Source: Octopus sinensis (Eukaryota). From it: 64,000 nt of DNA. Under the pieces are notes generated by a model, which worked only from the letters and a program-made list of their open reading frames with translations, did no database searches and was not told the DNA's origin. The stretch is from NCBI RefSeq assembly GCF_006345805.1, contig NC_042998.1, positions 6,200,001 through 6,264,000 of the forward strand. The letters run 5' to 3'. The translations under genes and the position numbers were made by a program. Positions 24,486 to 36,227 of this stretch are shown here, piece after piece. How positions within the stretch are numbered: position 1 is the stretch's first letter; every line of letters starts with the position of its first letter.

Positions 24486-24941
24486 TAGTCATACATACAA
24501 TAAAGTACAATTTAGAGAGGAACTGGTTACTCATTGATACAATTTCAGAATGAAATTATCTACATTGAATGAGATGTTTTATTTATGTGTTAACAGACAT
24601 TTTTTTTTTTGGTTTCTGTCCTTCGTTTCTGAAAGCCATATTTCCTCCTGTGTTTTATTAGAATGCCACACATTGGGAAAGAATATGCATTCCTTGTTTG
24701 AAACAGTGGGAAGGGAGTCTGAGAGAGGTATCAAATAGAATAACCATAACACAGTTTTATAATAGCATCATGATGAAAAGTGATAATTGGTGAGAAATAC
24801 TGATACAACTTTGTTTCTCTCTTTCTTTCTTTTTTTTTTTGAAATAGGAAAGAAAATTCGTTTCTAAGAAGTAAAGAAAGAAAAAGAAAAATCGATGGGA
24901 GTGTGAATAAGTAAAGATGTAAGGAAAATGAAAAGGAATGA

Positions 24942-24973
<32 letters not shown>

Positions 24974-25297
24974 TGGTTGAGTCGGTGGGGGCGGATAGGA
25001 CGAAAGAAGTGTGTGCGTGTGTGTGAAAGAGAGAGAGAGAGAGTGTGTGTGTTGCTGTTGATGTGTATGAGTGTATGTGCCTGTTCGTGTGTATATATGA
25101 GTGCCTCTGTGTGTGTATGTGTTTGTGCGTGTGTGTGTGTGTGCTCATAATTGTGAGTTATTGTGAGGGTGCATGTGTGTGCATGTATATGCACATACAC
25201 AATGTATTCGTGAGCAGGTATTGCAGTTTCACATGTATGTACATACATTCAAACAAACATACATACACGTGTACATACATACATGCATACCTACATA

Positions 25298-26846
25298 CAG
25301 GGTGCGGTGATTAAATTGTCGTCTAAATTATGCAAAAATGAAAATAACCCTGACATCTCATTATAACAAATATACTCTTTAATCTTTTTACTTGTTTCAG
25401 TCATTTGACTGTGGCCATGCTGGAGCACCACTTTTAGTCGAGCAAATCGACCCTGGGACTTATTCTTTGTAAGCCCAGTACTTATTCTATCGGTTTCTTT
25501 TTGCCGAACTGCTAAGTGACGGGGACGTAAACACACCAACATTGGTTGTCAAGCAATGCTGGGGGGACAAACACACACACATACATATATATACATATAT
25601 ACGACAGGCTTCTTTCAGTTTCCGTCTACCAAATCCACTCACAAGGCATTGGTCGGCCCCGGGGCTATGGCAAAAGACACTTGCCCAAGATGCCGCGCAG
25701 TGGGACTGAACCCGGAACCGTGTGGTTGGTTAGCAAGCTACTTACCACACAGCCACTCCTGCGCCTACATATATTTACTAAAATTATATAAAAATATTTT
25801 CAAATACTAAAGACTAAATTCATTCAATAAAATTGCCACTGGCTTCAACAACGGCCTCCAGACAGCTTTTGAATCTCCTGCAACTCTTCTTTATGGTCAC
25901 CTTCTTAGTGAATGCTGCTACCTGTCTTTCATCTTTTGTGTTACAAAGAGTTTTGTTGGTCTCTCATTCAACTGTGCCCCACACATAATAATCAAGGGGG
26001 TTTCAGTCTCGGGAGTTAGGTGGCCAGATGTTAGGGGTGGTGTGGTCACAGAAATTATCTGACAGCCATGACTAGGTTCCCCTGCTTGTGTGGCGTGGTG
26101 CAGAGTCCAGTTGTCAGATATAGGGTCTTCCAGTAGCTATGCTCTTGATCCAGAGCTGCACTGCTTCCTTGAGGCACTTGCTGTAGTTGAGTCTGAGGCT
26201 GTGTGGGAAGATGAATAGAGGCATAACATCACCATTACTAGTGATCACTCAAACCACCACGATGTTGACCAGATGGTTGATTTCTATCACTCTCTGTACA
26301 GGTTTTGTGGACACATCAAACCAACAGTTGTTCTGTTTGTTCACCATCTGATCCTCGCAGAAATTTTTCTCATCTGCGAAAAACCAAAGGCTTCATGCAC
26401 TGCCTGACGGAAAAGAAACTCACACACTCCCACGTCACTGGCCATGGAACAGACTAACTTTGTGGATCATTGTCAATCATGGCCTGGATCTCCCCAACAA
26501 ACTCAGGGGTGCTTTTCTTGTCAGAATGATCAGAGTTTTCCTAGGTGCCATACCTTCGCAATCAACTTTACACTCATGCAACTCTTTCCCAATCCTCAGC
26601 ACTGTCCTCAGATTGACACCCAAACACTCTGAAATGTTTGTATCAGAGCTTCCAGCGCAAATACCAAGTAGTACAGCATGTTTTTCCTGAATTTCTGGCA
26701 GTCTAAATCGCGTCATGGTGCTGGTTTTATCACAGATGGTGCCCAATAGATCCTACTATACTGTGTAGTTGACAAAATCATAAACAAACAATGCGCATGC
26801 ACAAAATTAAATTATAAAATGGTAACAATTTACCCATCGCACCCAG
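25298..26846 (-). mobile_element. maT (DD37D)-type Tc1/mariner fossil, interrupted by a SINE-A
   Basis: TA|cagggtgcggtgattaaattgtc and gtaacaatttacccatcgcacccag|TA. Minus-strand motifs GRPYI*QLDSAPRHTS, IWPPNSRD*NPLDYYVWG, LEAVVEASGNFIE*; N-terminal ORF 26477-26746. Confidence 0.85.
25374..25765 (-). mobile_element. SINE family A nested in maT
   Basis: Complete element. Confidence 0.9.
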
Positions 26847-26857
26847 TATGTATATAT

Positions 26858-27134
26858 CATCATCATCATCATCATCGTTTAGCGTCCGCTTTCCATGCTA
26901 GCATGGGTTGGACGGTTTGACTGGGGTCTGAGAATTCGGAAGGCTTCATCAGGCCCAGTCAGATTTGGCAGTGTTTCTACGGCTGGATGCCCTTCCCAAC
27001 GCCAACCACTCCGTGAGTGTAGTGGGTGCTTTTTACGTGCCACCTGCACAGGTGCCAGACAGAGCTGGCAAACGGCCACGAACGGATAGTGTTTTTTCGT
27101 GCCACCGGCACGGGGGCCAGGCAAGGCTGGAAAC

Positions 27135-27135
<1 letters not shown>
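26858..27135 (-). mobile_element. RTE LINE 3' UTR fragment
   Basis: (cat)n, tail and about 1.5 copies of the 63-bp unit. Confidence 0.85.
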
Positions 27136-27171
<36 letters not shown>

Positions 27172-27443
27172 GATAAAACTTACTTGGAAAAGGATGCATG
27201 GCGTTCGATCATATAATAAATAATAAATAAATAATATATAAATATATGCATCTATACATACATATATGTACATACTTATATATATATGTATATATGCATG
27301 CATATATGTTTTCGTTTGTCATTGTGTTCAACATTTCTTTGATGTCCTGTACCCATATATGCATGTATATATACATATAGATGTAGGTATGTACATATAT
27401 GTATGTATATATGCATATATTTATATATTATTTATTTATTATT

Positions 27444-27484
<41 letters not shown>

Positions 27485-28104
27485 CATACATACATATATA
27501 TATATACACATACATACACATATATATATATACACACACATACATACATGCATACATATATACATATACACATACATACATATAAATATATACACACATA
27601 CATACATTCATATAAATATATACACACATACATATATACACACACACACACACATACATACACACATACATACATACATACACACACATATATATATATA
27701 TAACTAGATACAAAAGTATAATGATAAAAGTACAAAAAATAAGTGTAATTATGGTAAATGCAGAGGGTTGAATCATTGTTACTAGTTTCTGAAAACATTT
27801 ATATCCAGTGCTTCTATTACTTCATGACATTCCAAAATGTGTGCCGTTCTATTAAACTACTGTGGCATGAAAGGAAAGAAACGAAAACAAAAGCTGGAAC
27901 TAATTTCTCGGTGGAAAATAAAGTATCTGACAAATTTTTAAAACATGTAAAATTCAGTTATTACATATTCATTTCTAGAAATTGACATTTCAAATTAGGT
28001 AACGTTTTTTTTCTTACCTTTTTTTTGCTTTTTTGTATGTGTGTACCAGTAAGTATTGTACAGAACTCAGTAGTTAACATACACACACACATTCACATAT
28101 AATA

Positions 28105-28337
28105 TATTTGTTTACTACCCACAAGGGGCTAAACACAGAGGCGACAAACAAGGACAGACAAACGGATTAAGTTGATTACATCGACCCCAGTGTGTAACTG
28201 GTACTTAATTTATCGACCCCGAAAAGATTAAAGGCAAAGTTGACCTCGGCGGAATTTGAACTCAGAACGTAACGGCAGACGAAATACAGCTACGCATTTC
28301 ACCCGGCGTGCTAACGTTTCTGCCAGCTCGCCACCTT
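28105..28337 (-). mobile_element. SINE family B monomer, tail variant 1
   Basis: Reverse complement aaggtggcgagctggcagaaacgttagc...gagttcaaattccgcc...gccccttgtgggtagtaa. Confidence 0.9.
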
Positions 28338-28552
28338 CCTGTAATGTATACACGTATATACTGACATACAGCTATGTATGTGTAAGTGGGTATATGTCTG
28401 TGTGTATGTATTTGCATATGAGTATGTATGTGTGTGTATATATATATATATATACACACACTTTATTAAAAAGCACCAACAATATCAAATACCAAAATAC
28501 CAAAAACTGTTACTTAGGGTTCCACGTTCCAGTTCTTCAGACAGTTTTGTTG

Positions 28553-29385
<833 letters not shown>

Positions 29386-29623
29386 GTATCTGTACATGTG
29401 TGTGTGGTGCCCCAGCATAGTCATAGCCTTTGGGCTGAAAAACATGAAGGCATAATAAAATATATACATGGCTGTGTGGTAAACTGAAAGTGGCCCATCA
29501 TATATACATGAGTGTGTGAGTGTGTGTACGTATGAGTGAGTATGTGTGTTTCTGGTGTTTGTCCCCCACCGCATCTTGACAACCGAGGATGGTGTATTTA
29601 CATCACATATGAACATATATATA

Positions 29624-30558
29624 TTGGGTCATCCCATAAATAATGCCGTTTTTTGAATTGCATGAACTAAAAGTCGGAGGGGGACGGGATAAACTACCTG
29701 CATCAACTTGCTATAAAATCAGGTAGTAATTTTACCTTGTCCTTATTCTTAGTGCAAGTTTTGAAGAGTGCTGTTCGATTTTAACAGTTATTTTTTCAAA
29801 GCTATAATGGAAGTGACAAAGGAGCATATTCGGCATATTTTTGCTCTATGAGTTCAATAAAGGCAACAATGCAATGGAAAGTGCCAGGAATATTAATGCA
29901 GTATATGGAAATCAGACAATAAGTGGTGGTAACAGAAATTCAGAGCGAGAAACTACAGACTAGAAGATGAGACTGCAAATCCTGGTGGAGGAAGAATCCC
30001 TTTGTAACTGTTGAGGAACTAGCAGAGAAGCTTGGATTTGGTCATTCAACCATTCATTGACACCCGCCAGCCATTGAAAAAGTCAGCAAATTGGATGAAT
30101 GGGTTCCTCACAAACTTTCTGAGTCTAATTTCACACAGAGAGTGAATATGTGCTCTTCTTTGCTGCCATGTCTCACGAATGAACCTTTTTGGGGGACCGA
30201 AGAATGATTGGTGACAAGAAATGGGTTCTCTTTAAAAATGTCAAGTGCTGAAGACATTGGGTATGGAAAGGAAAAACATCGGCACCCCAGGTTAAAGAAG
30301 GTCTTCACCCATTTAAGGTGTTCTCTGTTTGGTGGGGTATGAAAGGTTTAGTTCGCTTTGAACATTTAAATGCAAACCAAACAATTAGGCGCAGGAGTGG
30401 CTGTGTGATAAGTAGCTTGCTAACCAACCACATGGTTCCGGGTTCAGTCCCACTGCGTGGCATCTTGGGCAAGTGTCTTCTGCTATAGCCCCGGGCAGAC
30501 CAATGCCTTGTGAGTGGATTTGGTAGACGGAAACTGAAAGAAGCCCGTCGCATATATG

Positions 30559-30589
<31 letters not shown>

Positions 30590-31106
30590 CTGTGTTTATC
30601 CCCCTAAGCATTGCTTGACAACCGATGCTGGTGTGTTTACGTCCCCGATAGAATAAGTACTGGGCTTACAAAGAATAAGTCCTGGGGTCGATTTACTCGA
30701 CTAAAGGTGGTGCTCCAGCATGGCCGCAGTCAAATGACTGAAACAAGTAAAGGAGTAAAAGAGTAAATTAACAAATGAGATCTATTGTGAGAAGCTTGAG
30801 CTACACACAGCAAGGATGATATTTCATAGTTGGAGCAGTTTCAATGGGAAATGATACCTCACCCACTTTATTCGCTGGACATTGTTGCTCGACCTGATTA
30901 TCATTTCCTCCACAGTTACGGTCAGAATAGTACTGGAGGAGTATTTTCCATCGTGGAGAAATGACTTTTGGAAAAAGAGGGGTCTTTTACCAGATAGAGG
31001 AAGAGCATTGTAGAAAATGAAAGAGAGCATATTTCAGATGAAAAAAGAACTTAATTTTGGGAAAAAGTATTAAAAAAAAAAACACATTCTTTATGGGATG
31101 ACCCAA
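29624..31106 (+). mobile_element. Mariner fossil with intact TIRs, interrupted by a SINE-A
   Basis: TA|ttgggtcatcccataaa ... tttatgggatgacccaa|TA. Decayed transposase MEVTKEHIRHI..YEFNKGNNAMESARNINAVYG, EWVPHKLSE, GDKKWVLFKN, GLHPFKV..VWWGMKG, WEMIPHPLYSLDI. Confidence 0.9.
30388..30765 (+). mobile_element. SINE family A nested in mariner (small internal deletion)
   Basis: Head to tail; gtccccgatag junction lacks the cttagcggttcggc segment. Confidence 0.9.
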
Positions 31107-31120
31107 TACATACATACATG

Positions 31121-31151
<31 letters not shown>

Positions 31152-31308
31152 TGTGTGTGTATTTTTTCAATATGTACAAAAAAATGGAAAAAATAGATAA
31201 ATAGTTAACAGGGTAGCAAAAGTTCACACAAGTGCCAAGGGTGTTGCAGACTACTTATAAAGGTAGAAATTCCAGGGTTTAGTGAAATGTTTTTGTATCA
31301 CATAGATG

Positions 31309-31638
31309 AATTAAGAAATGGAGTTAAATGCAAGTGTTATTCAAATCTTTAGACTTCCGACATATGTTTCAAAGAAAACACTGGTATTATTTCCTGAGGG
31401 AATAAAATGATGTAAAACAATGTAATCATCACCTGAGGAAAAAAAGAAAAACAAAACATGTCAAGAAGAGATTTTAACCAAATGCGGTTCCTGCGTATAT
31501 GATGAAAGGAACGCTGGCAAAAATAACTTGTTTTACATCATTCTATTCCCTCAGGAATAATACCAATGCTTTCTTCAAAACATATGTTGGAAGTATAAAG
31601 ATTTGAATAACACGTGTGTTAAACTCCATTTCTTAATT
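31309..31638. mobile_element. Foldback/MITE with about 110-bp TIRs
   Basis: aattaagaaatggag...gagggaataaaatgatgtaaaacaa versus ttgttttacatcattctattccctc...ctccatttcttaatt. Confidence 0.8.
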
Positions 31639-31645
31639 TTTATAT

Positions 31646-31682
<37 letters not shown>

Positions 31683-31805
31683 AATTAATATGTTCAATAA
31701 GAAATAATTATTTTCGAAATTTTTTCTCTTATGAGGTTTTCACGCTATCTACCTGACAATTTCTTGTTAAGTTTTCCTTATTAAGTAGTTGTCCTTAATT
31801 GCTAA

Positions 31806-31839
<34 letters not shown>

Positions 31840-32102
31840 TATGATTGTCACATGCCGCTGACGGGTCAATACTCTGAAATTCGAGTCCATGTGTATCATA
31901 AGTTGAAGACGGGAAGGATGGCTTCCCTTCGCAAATACTGATAGGGCACAGAAGGTGTGTCTATAGCCAGCTGGAGGAGGTGTCCTCCTGGGGCTATAAA
32001 CCACAGTAGCATCCACCCTTAGGGGTTAGCCATATTCAAATGGCAAATATACGTCACGATGTGTTGCTGCTATTGTTTATAACTCGCTCTGAGATTTATC
32101 AT

Positions 32103-32155
<53 letters not shown>

Positions 32156-32780
32156 ATAGATGTATCAACATGTCTATACACAAATATGTGTGCATATGTA
32201 TAAATTACAAATAGTATAGCATTCAATCAGTTAAGAGATTAAAGATATGATAAAAACAATAAGGTACTTTGTGGTCTTTATTATAATATATATTATGCAT
32301 TATGGATATATATATATATATATATATAAACACATTCATACATTTTATATACACACACACACACACATCAAAATACAGATGTGTAAGGAAATAGTACACT
32401 AAGTGCAGCATTTATATTTACCCATTATCCATTTTATCACAAAATAAGGTATTTTAAGTTTTGGTTAATGAACGTTTACAGGTTGATTGTTATACGTATT
32501 GACAATATTTTACATACATTTACAATGCAAAATGGCCACCTATGGCCCTTAATTCTCTATGCCAACCATTTTTCACCTCACAATTCTTAATGCTGGCCAT
32601 TTTCGAAGAAACAATTTGTTCCTGTTTTGTTTAAACCGCCATATTTAATTAAGGGTGGAAAATAAAACAAAAGAAAGCAAGAAAGCATTATTCAAGACTT
32701 GCAACTATTTTTGTAAATAAGAATCTTTCAGGTTTATGCTTGAATAATGGGGAAATTATTAAGTTTCAATAATGTTAAAT

Positions 32781-32956
32781 GCATAGGAGTGGCTGTGTGG
32801 TAAGTAGCTTGCTTACAAACCACATGGTTCCGGGTTCAGTCCCACTGCGTGGCACCTTGGGCAAGTGTCTTCTACTACAGCCTCGGGCCGACCAAAGCCT
32901 TGTGAGTGGATTTGGTAGACGGAAACTGAAAGAAGCCCGTCGTATATCTATCTATC

Positions 32957-32991
<35 letters not shown>

Positions 32992-33240
32992 TATTAATAT
33001 ATATATATATATGTATATGTATATGTGTGCGTGTTTGTGTGTCTGTTTGTCCCCCCAACATCGCTTGACAACCGATGCTGGTGTGTTTACGTCCCCGTAA
33101 CTTAACGGTTCGGCAAAAAATAGACCGATAAAATAAGTACTAGGCTTACAAAGAATTAGTCCTGGGGTCGATTTCATGGGCTAAAGGCGGTGCTCCAGCT
33201 TGGCCGCAGTCAAATGACTGAAACAAGTAAAAGAAAGAAT
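32781..33240 (+). mobile_element. SINE family A
   Basis: Complete element. Confidence 0.9.
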
Positions 33241-33586
33241 ATAAAAGCATATGTATGCTGCGCACCATACAGCCACAAACATACAGCTAGTAAACAAATT
33301 CAAAGAGAAACTGTGGAGCCATATAAATTTATTGATTTTTATTTCTTATCTTTTACTTGTTTCAGTTACTAGACTGTGGCCATGCTGGGGCACTTCCTTG
33401 AAGAATTTTTAATTAAATGAATTTACTCCGGTACTATTTTTTAAAGCCTGGTAGTAATTCTATCAGTTTTTTTTTGCCGAGCAGGTAAGTTCTGGGAACA
33501 TAAACACAGTAACACCAGTTGTTGGGTAGTGGTGGGAGACAATCATAGATACAAAGACACACACAAACAAGATACGCCGTCCTTAC

Positions 33587-33717
33587 CATACATGTCTGTG
33601 TGTAACACACCCATACACGCAGAGAACTTCGTTTGTAATCTTCCATGAAAAGATATCCTGCCATGGGAGAAATATACAGCTATGTGGCCACAGTTGTATG
33701 TGGTGACGACAATAAGG
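33587..33717 (-). other. Candidate 131-nt exon
   Basis: gcaattttctacag acceptor and ATG|gtaagg donor; two frames fully open, the third gives MAGYLFMEDYKRSSLRVWVCYTQTCM; product unknown. Confidence 0.4.
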
Positions 33718-33799
33718 CTGTAGAAAATTGCATTAACAATTTCTGTACACTTCAAAAACTGTATTAAGTAATTCTCATAGACTTTCACAGATATCTATG

Positions 33800-34060
33800 A
33801 ATATGTGTGTACCTTCGAAACATGCATTGAGTCGAACCAGGGACAGCTGATGAAGGGGAATTTTCCTTCTATTGTTTGTCCTGTACTCTGTTTTTTCGTT
33901 GTTAAAAAAAAATCCGTTTCCTTGTTTGATTTTATATTTTCGTTTCTCATTGTGTTCTACGTTTATTTGGTGTCCTGTACCCATATATGCATGTATATAT
34001 ACATATAGATGTAGGTATGTACATATATGTATGTATATATGCATATGTTTTATTTATTAA
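33800..34060. repeat. Unclassified dispersed repeat; partial second copy at about 27310-27445
   Basis: Shared ttttcgttt..cattgtgttc...tgtcctgtacccatatatgcatgtatatatacatatagatgtaggtatgtac. Confidence 0.7.
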
Positions 34061-34760
34061 ATTGTTATTATATATATATGTATGTATGTATATATATATA
34101 TATATATATATATAAATGTGTGTGAGTGTGTGATGGGCTTGGTTTGGTTTGAATTTGCTAGGTCCACACACAAGGATATGGTTGGCCCAGGGCTATTGTA
34201 GAAGACACCTGTCCAAGATGCCATGCATTGGGATTGAACCTGGAACCATCTGGTAAGAAGCAAACCCTGCCACACACACACACACACATAAACATGGATA
34301 CATATATATGTATGCACAAATAAATTGACACATACAATTGCAAATACACACATGCATGCACGTGTGTGTGTGCTTGTAAAACACATTGCCAAAATGTAGT
34401 GAACACAGAATATTAATTTTAATCATACGAGATATAAAGTAATTCCCATTGTAGCAATGCCAGTCTATTTTGTTCTGCTGCCATTGTTATTACCCTTTTT
34501 GGCTTAAATGCTTTGTGTTACGATTCCTGAGCTCTTTATAACACTCAATGCTTACCAAAACTACAAAATAATATTAAGAAATTGACATAAATACCAGAAG
34601 AAGCAATAAATCACTACACATAAATAGTGAAAACATTCTGCTAAGCAAAATTATAAAGTAATAGGGTTGCAATAAATCGTTGCAATTGAATAATGTATCA
34701 AGAAAAATCTGAATGTAAGCATGCAATTTGGGTGCATATGGAAATGGTATATGCATATTA

Positions 34761-35165
34761 AAAGGCGGCGAGCTGGCAGAAACGTTAGCACACCGGGCGA
34801 AATGCTTATTGGTATTTCGTCTGCCGTTACGTTCTGAATTCAAATTGCGCCGAGATCGACTTTGCCTTTCATCCTTTCGGGGTCGATAAATTAAGTACCA
34901 ATTACGCACTGGGGTTGATATAATCGACTTAATCTGTGTGCCTGTCCTTGTTTGTCCTCTCTGTGTTTAGCCCCTTTGTGGGTAATAAAGAAATAGGTAT
35001 TTCGTCTGCCGCTACGTTCTGAGTTCAAATTCCACCGCGGTCGACTTTGCCTCTCATCCTTTCGGGGTTGATAAATTAAGTACCAGTTACGCACTGGAGT
35101 TGATATAATCGACTTAATCCGTTTGTCCTCTCTGTGTTTAGCCCCTTGTGGGTAGTAAAGAAATA
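34761..35165 (+). mobile_element. SINE family B dimer
   Basis: One head, two core+tail units; perfect 15-bp TSD ggtatatgcatatta (34746-34760 and 35166-35180). Confidence 0.9.
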
Positions 35166-35465
35166 GGTATATGCATATTATGTCAGTGTAAAGGGTTTGG
35201 AATGTGATTGTAAAAGATCTTTAAATATAGAAAACCAGTAGAAGAAAGCATTTTAAAATCTGTACTTTTGTGCTATCAACCACATAAAGGTGAAATGGGA
35301 AGCCCACCAATGAAGAATTTGTCTGCTACTCTTCTCCATATTTCTACCATATTACTGCTGAAATGTACTACCTTTGTTTCAATTAATTTTTTTATATAAC
35401 CAAGAATTTACATTAATTACATTATTTACATTTGACGGATATTTGTCCCCATCTTGTTTGTTGTT

Positions 35466-35511
35466 AACACAACATTTCAGCTGATATACCCTCCAGCCTT
35501 CTTCAGGTGTC
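35466..35511 (-). ncRNA. Minimal type I hammerhead ribozyme (family 1, copy A)
   Basis: GACAC-CUGAAGA-A-GGCUG-gaggguauau-CAGCU-GAAA-UGUU-GUGUU; core intact, two C-to-U changes at CpGs giving wobble pairs. Confidence 0.75.
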
Positions 35512-35739
35512 TTGGGGAAATTTCGAACCTGGGTTCTCATCTCTAGGGTATTCTTCAATGTTATTATTATTATTATTACTATTATAATTATTTTTATTAT
35601 TATTATTGTTATTATTATTATTATTGTTGTTCAGGTCACTGCTTGGAATCGAACTCGGAATCTTGGGGTTAGTAGACCGTGCTCTTAACCACTACGCCAT
35701 ATGCCCGTGGGCAATTATGGAGTGATGAAATTTCCCCAA

Positions 35740-35785
35740 GATACCTGATCAAGGTTGGAGGGTATATCAGCCGAAGCGTTGTGTT
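35740..35785 (+). ncRNA. Hammerhead family 1, copy B (core mutated)
   Basis: GAUAC-CUGAUCA-A-GGUUG-gaggguauau-CAGCC-GAAG-CGUU-GUGUU. Confidence 0.6.
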
Positions 35786-36227
35786 AACAACAAACAAGAT
35801 GAGGAGAAATATCCGTCAAATGTAAATAATGTACATAATTCCTCAACTTTTTAAATATGGAACTGTACAAAGAATTTAGTTAAATAACTGTCATTATTTA
35901 GCCAGGTGTTTCAAACAAATTATCAGGAAGGTTGTGTCATAGAACTTAAGGTAGGCTCAGGTGAGTTGGCATCAAAAGGGTTTAATAATTCTTCCAATTC
36001 ACTTCCTTCTGTGGTCAGTTTATATGTGATTCGGGTATGATGAATTAAGGATACAAACTTCTTGTTCGCAATGTACTGACAAGGGCACAGGAGTAGCTGT
36101 GTGGTAAGAAGTTTGTATCGCTGCAGCCACATGGTGTTTATAAGCCAATTAAGAAACACACAAAACACTGTTAGATTCACTTCAAAATTTTAATTAAATT
36201 TATCAAAATATTTTGATATTGTATCTA

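Larger units (their letters stand above)
35411..35867. mobile_element. tRNA-headed, hammerhead-bearing non-autonomous retroelement, fold-back copy 1
   Basis: Minus strand: tRNA head (35706-35631), (AAT)n, body, hammerhead, tail. Plus strand: inverted partial copy (about 35728-35867). Flanks share aagaattta (35402-35410 and 35870-35878). Confidence 0.8.

Noticed and set aside
31903-31938. uugaagac-GGGAAG-loop-CUUCCC as a hammerhead
   Set aside because: C3 is absent, there is no GAAA after the stem, and no stem I.
35631-35706. Functional tRNA gene (also the other SINE heads)
   Set aside because: No acceptor stem and an imperfect anticodon arm; it runs straight into repeat body sequence.
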